A DNA stretch of 62,399 bases, filler included, from Collodictyon triciliatum (Eukaryota): NCBI GenBank assembly GCA_043381765.1. It is 3 parts of 3 records of this genome, joined end to end, with 100 filler letters (N's around TTAATTAATTAA, not from the genome) between each part and the next. Parts side by side here need not be neighbours in the genome. Positions count along the whole stretch, not along the records: positions 28,615 to 57,038 come from JBHJMP010000976.1; positions 57,139 to 62,399 come from JBHJMP010001007.1; 1 more part is not named here. One strand, written 5' to 3'. A program made the translations under genes and the position numbers. Positions 53,425 through 62,399 of the stretch are shown piece by piece (within the stretch, counting starts at the first letter, position 1; every line of letters begins with the position of its first letter). The notes beneath the pieces are model-generated. The model had not been told where the DNA came from. It did no database searches and was given only the letters and a program-made list of their open reading frames with translations.

Positions 53425-56400
53425 ATGGCTGAGATCGAGCCAAACATGGACTTGTTATGGGAGGTTTGTTTCCTTTTTCTTTTTTCTTTTTTCTTTTTTC
53501 TTTTTTCTTTTTTCTTTTTTCTTTTTTCTTTTTTCTTTTTTCTTTTTTCTTTTTTCTTTTTGTTCATTTTCATGTATAGTCGAGAGGCGTTTGGACAGTC
53601 ATCAAGCTACAGTCCTTTGGTTTTTCCGGGCCTAACTTGCTCATTATGAACCTTTGCTTTTCCAGGGGCTGATACCCGTCACAAATTTTGAGAAGATTTC
53701 TTCAGGCAAACTTTGCCAGTTTTCGATTCACCTATTAGAGAAGCTCGAGGGTCGCGATGTTGAGGTATTTATTGTATATATACCGTGGAATGTCATATTT
53801 ACTGATGCGCTTATTTCTATTTTATCAATATTTATTTATTTGATCGTTAGTTGGTAATTTTATCAAATTACTGGTTACATGTCTATAGCTAGTCCAGGCT
53901 CTAACGAATGTCACGTCAGATGATCTTGTATATTATGTGGACAAATATGCTCGCAAATTAATGCTATTTTCTTGCTTAAAATGGTTCATCGATCGGTACG
54001 GTTTTTTTTTCTTCATATTTCTACGTCGACCTATGTATGATTATATGAAAAAATCAGATTGCCGCTAAAATACTTCCATTTACCAGTGTATCCCTCTCTT
54101 TTGGGATTATTCATTTTCTTTTTATTAAATCTTGCTTAAACTTTCAGAGATTTGGACACAGATTTGCCGTTGTTTTGGATTGAAGTTGAAGAATATAAAT
54201 GCACAAAAGATGCAGAAGAAAGAATGGCCAAAGCCTGGGAAATATTTGATAAGGTTTACATTTTGAATTCATATTTTTGTTGGACATTATTACGCGCTCA
54301 TAGTATTTTGCCTCCTGTTGGTTTTTTTTTTCCTACAGATGTTAAAATTATAAAAGCTCATTCATGTATTCCCTAAAATCATGAATATAGTATGTAAAGC
54401 AAGATTCCCAACACGAAATAGTTGTCACTACTACATTACGGGAAAAGATTCTCAATAGACTCGTTTGCACTCATTGCTTATTTTTCTCTTTTTATTTATA
54501 TTATCACGTAATTTTTCAATCCAGTCATGTAACATCCTTGTGAAATGTGTCACTGACATTTGCATTACCATTTTGTTATATTTGCAGTCTAATCCCACAC
54601 CGGATATATTTGATCAATTACAAGACGAAGTTTTAAAAGATGTTAAGGCCGATTACTACACCAAACTTATGAAACACCCTGTTTTTCACTCGTATGCAAA
54701 TGCTATCCACTCTGCTCTTCCAGCTCTAGCAAAGAACCAGAAGGAGGTAAATACCAAATTAAAAAAAAAAGAGTAACTGATATGGTTCAAACCAAATGTT
54801 TCAACTCACCATGACTTCCGTTTACTAATCTACATTTTTATTTTACTTTTGTTTTATTTTATGCAATTGTGAATATTGAATATAGTTGGAGGTTCATTTT
54901 ATGATCAGAAAAGGGTACCACGTATTGAATTTGATGGGAGCTTTGGAACAAAATGACACAATATCGGTTAGTTAATTGGACTTTTGCTACAATTTACCTT
55001 GATGAGTTGAATAAAGCTGTATTGTAGGCCTATTGTTGGATAGGTTTACCTGAATTCACCAGTATGAAAGCCAAGCATGATTTTCGCATTGTTTTTAGGG
55101 AAAAGAATATGAGGTTGACATTGAAGATGTTTTCTCAGACCCGCTCACCTACAATACTGGATTGTCTATTCGACGCTTTCTTACATTCCCTGTGTTGAAA
55201 AGTTTTATTGACAAGGAAATGAATACAGAGAATGTTAACTTTTGGCTTGCGGTTGATGATTATAAATATATTTTGGTGAGCCAACACCGCTTTAGAATTA
55301 TATTTACAACTTAATACGTATTATATAATACATCTCTCTAATAATACAACTTTTGTTTTACTAGACTTTTAGAGAAATATTGCTATGAGTTTCCCAAATG
55401 TTCTTTGTCTTTTAAAATTCAAGTCCTTTTTTATTTATGCACCCGCTATGAACATTCCCTCTTGCTTACATAAATATTGTATTAAATTTTAGAGAGAGAA
55501 TCCTACCTTTTCTGTCACAGAGATTCGGTCCTTCGCCGTAAAAATTTGTTCTCAGTACATTAACGCCGGTGCACCCAATGAAGTGAATATCCAACACGAC
55601 CTTCGTGATAAGATAGAAAAAGAAGTAGAGCAAAATCCTTCGATGGTAACATTCGATGGAGCACAGGTATCTAGTAGAAAGAATCGCATCAATATCTTAA
55701 TTTTCTTCATATCTCAAGTGAGGTATACAAAAAAGAAAAAAGAAATTCCTGAATGTCGATACCACAACCTCTTCGTAGCATGAGATTCTACTGCTCCTGA
55801 AAAGGAATTCATTCGATCGTTTCTTGAAGAGCTCCGAGTATCAGGTTGGGGGTGTCTCTTCATTTAATTTTCCAATTCTTTTCAGCAAATGCAGTATATA
55901 TGAATTTCTGTTTGATAAAGATTCTCTTAACAAAATAAACTTAACTTCTTTCAACCAGGAATTTGCTGGAAAGCTAAACGGATTGCCCTCGCTATACACA
56001 CTTGACCCAGACCGAAAAAAACGAGACGACAAGTATTCGTCAAATATTACGTCCTGTTGAAAAAAAAGTTATTTGGATTAGACCAACAAAAATTATTATT
56101 AAATCTTGTTTAAATTATGCAATCCCATAAATGTTGCAGATTCAGAGAGCGATTCAAATTACCTGAGACTGAGTGCCTGTCTGTGGAGATAAATTGCTCA
56201 TTGGAAGGAAAGAAAATGACGCTGCATGGTTCGATACAAATATCGTCTAATTATGTGAGCTTCGCAGCCACTGTATTTGGGTTCAAGACACGTGAAGTAA
56301 AATCCTATGAATATTATTTCTCTTTTTATCGTCTCTCATTCAATTGTAAGAGGAAAAAGACAATAGACAACTGAAAACTTATCCACTCAATATATTGTTA

Positions 56401-56927
56401 TTCATTGGATTACCTTCGCACAGGCCATCCCATTCAGAAGTATACAAGAGATAGAACCAGAAGCACAATTGGATGGTAACGAAATGGCTATTAAAATTGT
56501 GACGTTGAATAGGTCATTCAGCTTCAAGAATTTCACAAACTGGAGAAAGGTTAGCGAAATCTTAAGATGCATATTTCTTAATCGCAATTTCATGCTAACA
56601 TCTCCAACCTTTTCATATCAACACAGGCATACGCACTAATACGGAAATGCTGGTTAAATGCTGAAATGCGGTCAGTTGTGATGATGAATCCTGAGGAAGA
56701 AGAATATCAGAATGACACAAAAGAGAACGAGAAAGGTCTCACATATTTTGCATGCAATAGTTTACTTTCTTAAAATAATATCACTACTCATTCTAATTGA
56801 CAATTGATTTAACATTATATTAATAATTAAATAGAAAGCTCTGTTCTTACTGATAAAGACTGGTCACTGTTCCAAGAGGGAGCCAAAGTTGTGGCTTTCA
56901 CGAAGGACACCCCAATTCTTAAGACTG
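53425..56927 (+). CDS. Two-RGS-domain plus GRAM-domain protein, possibly followed by a cNMP-binding-like domain; 3' end lost in gap
   Basis: RGS1 LPLFWIEVEEYK...AWEIFDKY...IFDQLQDEV. RGS2 NTENVNFWLAVDDYK...YINAGAPNEVNI...FDGAQ...SFDRFLKS. GRAM FRERFKLPETECL...HGSIQISSNYVSF. Then LTDKDWSLF...FTKDTPIL. Confidence 0.8.
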
Positions 56928-57038
56928 TGCGTCTACCAATTTTTCTTTTTTCTTTTTTCTTTTTTCTTTTTTCTTTTTTCTTTTTCTTTTTTCTTTTTTC
57001 TTTTTTCTTTTTTCTTTTTTCTTTTTTCTTTTTTCTTT

Positions 57039-57138
57039 NNNNNNNNNNNNNNNNNNNNNNNNNNNNNNNNNNNNNNNNNNNNTTAATTAATTAANNNNNN
57101 NNNNNNNNNNNNNNNNNNNNNNNNNNNNNNNNNNNNNN
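57039..57138. other. Scaffold gap with TTAATTAATTAA linker
   Basis: N-runs flank the linker at 57083-57094. Confidence 0.9.
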
Positions 57139-57167
<29 letters not shown>

Positions 57168-57169
<2 letters not shown>

Positions 57170-57375
57170 TAGGTTTGTGTCGTAAGACATCTGCCACGGC
57201 ATAGCCAACCCTGCCACCCACACAGCCAATCAACTATTTGGGCCGCCCACCCGACCAACTCGCTATCACTGATTTCTTTCTAGTGTTAGCCTCTTCACAG
57301 TAGCGCCTTCTCCTGCTAGCGTTTGCTCTCTCCCATGAGCACCTATCTCGCCCCTTCGTATGGCAGAAGCTTTTG
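57168..57375 (+). mobile_element. Diverged 3' fragment of LINE family A
   Basis: Matches 16360-16560 (CCAATCAAC, CTATCACTGATTTCTTTCTAGTG, GTTTGCTCTCTCCCATG). Confidence 0.8.
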
Positions 57376-57778
57376 AACTTTCATTTAATTGGAGAAAAAT
57401 TGAATCGATTAATTGAATACTTTGTGATGTTTGTCAAGTTTAGCATTTGGCTATGTCTTCGATGCCACCCTATTATTAAACATCAACCAACAACCAACCC
57501 AAAGCCGCAACTAAAGGATGGCCGTGATGTTACTACACAGGCACATTGTTCCTTTTCCAAAAAATACATTCAAAATAAATTGTAAAGGAAATTTTATTTC
57601 CTGGAAAAAATCTACTTCTGTCGACATGGACGGAATGTTCGATTGAATATTTTTTTTATTAGTATATAAACGCGGTGGTTTTGCTCGCTCTCAATATCAA
57701 ATGCTTCCCAACACCATCCAAAACTGAAACAAAACAGAACAAAACAGAACAAAACAAAACCAATTCATACAGCGCCAC

Positions 57779-58330
57779 ATGAGTCAGCCAGGAAGAACCT
57801 ACCTGCAGCGGGCATTATTGCTCGCCGGATGGCTTCTTGTTTCTACGTTATCTGCGAGCGCTGATGACAAAGTTTACTTGGCAAACATCATCGCGAGTCG
57901 ACCTGGGGTCAAAGCGCGCCGAGAAAAGCTGCATTCTGAAGAAACCTTGAAGAGAGGCTCGCATCAGCACGAGCACAATTCTTTTTTCTCCTGTGGAACA
58001 CCAGTTGATAAAGGTTTTTTAGATAAAGAAAAATATTTGAATCCATTTACACACGATAGACACTTATGTATATCAAGTAGTTTCTTTTATCCTTTTGAGT
58101 TTTTTTCTTTTGATTTGCTTTTTCATTTTCTATTATTTTTCATAGGTGTAACTCGTTCTTACGGAAGAGGCCAGGCGAAGCCAACGTTTGAAGACAACGT
58201 GTGCCTAGAGACTATATGTGATGACCCAACCTACGTTCTTGGATATGTGGATGCCTTGCAAAGCGGGAACGTTGAACATGTCACCGCAAGTGAGTTACGC
58301 ACCCACATTAATAATATCTTTACTACGTAT

Positions 58331-58407
<77 letters not shown>

Positions 58408-59983
58408 TTGTAAGATTTACAACACGAACCATTTTTATTATCATGAGCTACAGCAGCTGAATCGAAAAATTACAATCACGCAGGCGTTAAGGTTTATTCC
58501 ATCGGCAAGGACGATTACAGCGAAGCGTTCTCTGATTTGCAAAAGTCTAGTTTTCAGAAAGAGGTGATGGATGCACACTTTCAAGGCACCCACATCGACT
58601 TTGACTTTGAGGATTTTGTAATCAACTCTACCTACCTGTGGCATGGAGAGGTTGTCCCGTACGGATGTCCGATCGAAAAAGTCGGAGATGGTACGTATAT
58701 AAATATATTAGGGCTCCAATTTATTATGACTTTTTCCCATTAAATCCTTAATATTACTATATATTTTGGCAGCAAGAAACGATTACACTTCCTCTTTTTT
58801 TTTTTAAAAAAAAAAAAAAAACATGCCCATACAGGTAATCGTGACAGGAACTGTTTGCATGCTTACAACGGATATGATGGGGGCGACTATCTATGTCTGA
58901 ATCCCTCGAGTTGCAATCCTCTTTGTGCTCTTGACTTAATCCTGGATGGTGCTCCTGGCACGGAATATTGCACTTGCATTTGCGTGGACTACAGTGAGTG
59001 TAATGATGTAAGCCTTTCATAAAATCATTACAATTTGAATCTTTTACTCACTTCATATAACTCTTAAATAAGCATTGAAGTTTTTCTTTGGATAACTGTT
59101 TGGTAGATCTTGTCAACTATTTTATGTGCCCATCATTAATAAATTTTAAATATAGTAAGCCATACTTTTTTCTATGTTATATCGAATAGTTGATTGGAAA
59201 TGGAGTGTGTGATGATAAATGCAATGTGGCTCCAGCGAACTATGACGGTGGTGACTGCTGTTTAGACCCTGCCCTTGGGAAGTGCTTCGACCATCGTCGA
59301 AAACTATTCCAAAGAAGTCAGCATTTGATATACTCATCATAGATTCCATTATGTACCTGGAATGTCTCAATAAAATTACGATAACTCAAGAAGCTGCTTT
59401 ATATAGGCTTTGCTGATATCGTGGAGCTGAGGGAGCATGCGAATTCCAACTTCTCTACATCGCTATACATTTACGTTGGAACAACAGAGAGTGATTTTTA
59501 TCATTTAATATGTCATAAAATCCTTTTAAAAAAAGTGACGCCTAACATAGATGACATATATATATCATATAGGTACGTCTCTACTTGGAATTTCTGTTTT
59601 CCCTTGGACAATTGATTTCAGTCAATCTTCCGAAGGAGGGCTTCTGATGGAGAAATCGGTTTGGGGAGATGGCTATGATTCTACCTTCCACGGAACGGTC
59701 GCTGTTCATGAAGTAAAAACTAATATACTTTTTTTCCAACTTATTATTTTTAGGAGCTTAATTGAACTAATTACACATCAATGCGTTCTGAATGCTGTTC
59801 TTTCCTTCCTTCAACTTAAGGAGATAATACTTGCTCTGCATTCAAAAAACTTACAATCCCCAAAATATGACGGTGTTAGGCAGGTCATTCCTTTGGACTT
59901 TGGCATACATTCCATGGTGTTACCGAGCTCCAAGATGGTAATGAGAAAGATTGCGTGTTATGAGCATGAATATACACTAATTT

Positions 59984-60060
<77 letters not shown>

Positions 60061-61606
60061 CAGATTGCTCTGACCCATGCTACGAAGCTCAGTACCCAAC
60101 CGGTGGTGAAGGAACCATGTTAAAGGGAGACTTATGCTCTGATACGCGACCAACCCCGTTGAATTATGCGTGCAATGACCCTGAGCCATGTCCAGCAGAC
60201 GTAAAAACACATTATCATATATATTTGAAAAAATTAAGATACAAACCACAATCATTATTTTATGATAGTGCACCACTTCTGTTATATTCTGGTAATCATT
60301 GTCAACCATTTAATACATATAATCGACATACAGGCCTTGATATCAATAATACAATACCAAACTGAGTAATCTGTGAATTGAAATTACAAATAGGTCTACT
60401 TGTTGGAATGTATGGATTGCGGATTTAGACCCTGGTCTAATACGCCTCTTGAAAATGTCATGGGTTATTCTATCCCTACTGGCGATTGCGCAAACAAGGA
60501 ATTTTCACCCCAGCAGGTATTTTTTTATTTACTTGTGTTTATCTGCCACCATATAATTATCTTTACCGCCTTCAATCTGTTGAAGATAGGGAGTTCTGAA
60601 TTTGGTATATAAAAACCGTTTGTAGAACTATTAGAAACACTATTACGTGATTGAATGCGCCAGAGTCATAAATTTAATTAAATACACTAGAACGCTAGAG
60701 CACGTTGCTATTATGACCTCTATTACTCCGATTGGGATAACTCAGGTATGTATCTCCCCAGCAACTGCTAATCTATAGCACCATCAGGTTTACATCCACA
60801 GTTTCTATCCATACCTTGTATATGTCTAAATTTCAAAAAAAGTTATACATATAATTACTCAACACATAGATTTACCTGGACAAATTGTCATTCCACCGGT
60901 TGTAACTCGCTTGTCGTCCAATTCTGTGAAGGTCACTTGGAACCCCCCTTTGAATAAAGGTTGAATTACTCATCTAGTAAATTTCCATATTTTTTTGGAG
61001 CCTTCCTATTTATTTACTGAAAAAAATCGAGCCCAAAAGATGTGTATCTATCGCCTACATTTCGCTGTTGATCAGGTTGATTCAAAGAAATGATCTTTAC
61101 AGGAAGTTCAGGTTCGACATACTATATTCTTCGCCGAAGCCCGTCGTTCGAAGACGGCGATATCCGAGTTAATGCGACGGAATACCTTGATACAAATGCT
61201 GCGTAAGAGTCATCTAGATATTAGAAAGTTTTCCAGAATATTTGTTTCCTTGTGATGGATATGTCTAGAACTACGATTCGTTGAATCCTCCAGCGAATCT
61301 AAGGATATGTCTTACGATGCTATTTAGATATGATTTACTTACAATCTTTATCACATACATCACAGAGACTCAGCCAGATACAGCTACATGGTCAAAGCAG
61401 CAAACGACGCTGGAGAAGCCCCATTCTTTGGTAAGATGCAAGAGGAGCCGAAAGCCTCCGACGATGATGGAAGTCTCTCATCCGGTGCGATTGCAGGTAT
61501 TGTTGTGGGAGGCACTGTTGGCGCTGTTGCAGTTGCAGGTGCTGCTGTGTTTGCTGTTAAGAGACGTAAAACCCAGAAAGCCCTCGAACTGAGCCAACTT
61601 GGATAA
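57779..61606 (+). CDS. Pappalysin-like (peptidase M43) metzincin with LNR repeats, FN3-like region and C-terminal TM anchor (multi-exon span)
   Basis: Signal peptide, then LNR-like VGDGNRDRNC..YDGGD and IGNGVCDDKCN..YDGGDCC. Zinc motif HE|AGHSFGLWHTFHG, GDLCSDTRPTP, Met-turn NVMGYS and FSPQQ. VKVTWNPP...Y.VKAANDAG, then TM GAIAGIVVGGTVGAVAVAGAAVFAV followed by KRRK. Confidence 0.85.
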
Positions 61607-62399
61607 TCTCGTCGCACGCAACATCCGCTAGAAATCTCTGGTGCGAGTTAAAAAAAAAAAAAAAAAGAGGCAAAATAAGGAACATTTTTATATGTTTGTT
61701 CCGCTGATTGTCTACTCCCGAAGTCTTACGTAACTGTTTAACACAGAGGGGATAAGTTCATACTTTTTTATCTCATTTTTGTCTCATTTCACCTCTGGTT
61801 GTGTTGTGTTGCGTAGAAAGCAGATCCTTTGGGGTGAAATATTAATCGATTAGATTATCCATTAATTTCATCAGCCCATTTTTTTCTATTTTTCTTTATG
61901 GCCTTTCCTTTCTTGATTTGATTATAACATTAGTTATTGAGATAAAAGAAAAGCCGAGGAAACCGCCTACGCCTCTAGGACAAGAAAGAGCTGTGGACAA
62001 GACAGTGGAAAACCCCGGTTTGTGTGGTTGGAGTTTTTGTGTTTTGGAAGGAAAGAAAGAAAAGGAAAGAAAAGAAAATAGGAAGGAGAGAAAGTGGTCT
62101 CACACGCAGATTAATCTATCCGAGGTGAATCAACTCAAACGTGATTTCTGGTTGTATTCGAGACTGATAGAAGAGCGGATAAGGTTGTCGGGTCGATGAA
62201 AGTACGCACATGGCAGTTACTTCTCAGACAAGGTTTACATCCTATTTCATTCCACAGCATGAGTCTTTTGAGGGGACAACGGGTCACTTTCCTTGCGTTT
62301 CTTGCTGGGCGACTCTGACAAAAAGCGATACATCGTTGTTTGTCTGGTATTATCGGAAGTGGCGCTTGACCGTCCCCTGGTTTCGGAACCGTGCGTAGC

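Overview
This is intron-rich, AT-rich eukaryotic genomic DNA from a flagellated, mitochondrion-bearing organism, probably a protist. It has two scaffold gaps that carry TTAATTAATTAA linkers. Host genes: Pus10 tRNA pseudouridine synthase (+), an FSP1/AMID-like FAD oxidoreductase (-), a coding-intronless GC-rich 2OG-Fe(II) oxygenase (-), a PDH E3-binding protein/PDHX-like gene (+), a TEY MAP kinase (+), a small 3-exon orphan gene (+), a 5'-truncated outer-arm gamma-type axonemal dynein heavy chain (+, about 24 kb), a 3'-truncated RGS-RGS-GRAM protein (+), and a membrane-anchored pappalysin-like metzincin (+). The accessory region at about 9.5-17.6 kb holds L1/Tx1-like non-LTR retrotransposon remnants of two families. 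It also holds a decayed, full-length Fanzor1 gene (eukaryotic TnpB-like RNA-guided nuclease, -). The Fanzor is preceded by an AAAATTGA motif matching the mimivirus early promoter, interrupted by a TSD-flanked LINE fragment, and followed by a multi-stem, pseudoknot-capable segment that is a candidate omega-RNA. Other notable signals are three ultra-short (24-28 nt) TSD-flanked insertions of one LINE 3' terminus, three U12-type introns in the dynein gene (one apparently AT-AA), and a GC-AG intron. Multi-exon gene coordinates are gene spans assembled by eye.
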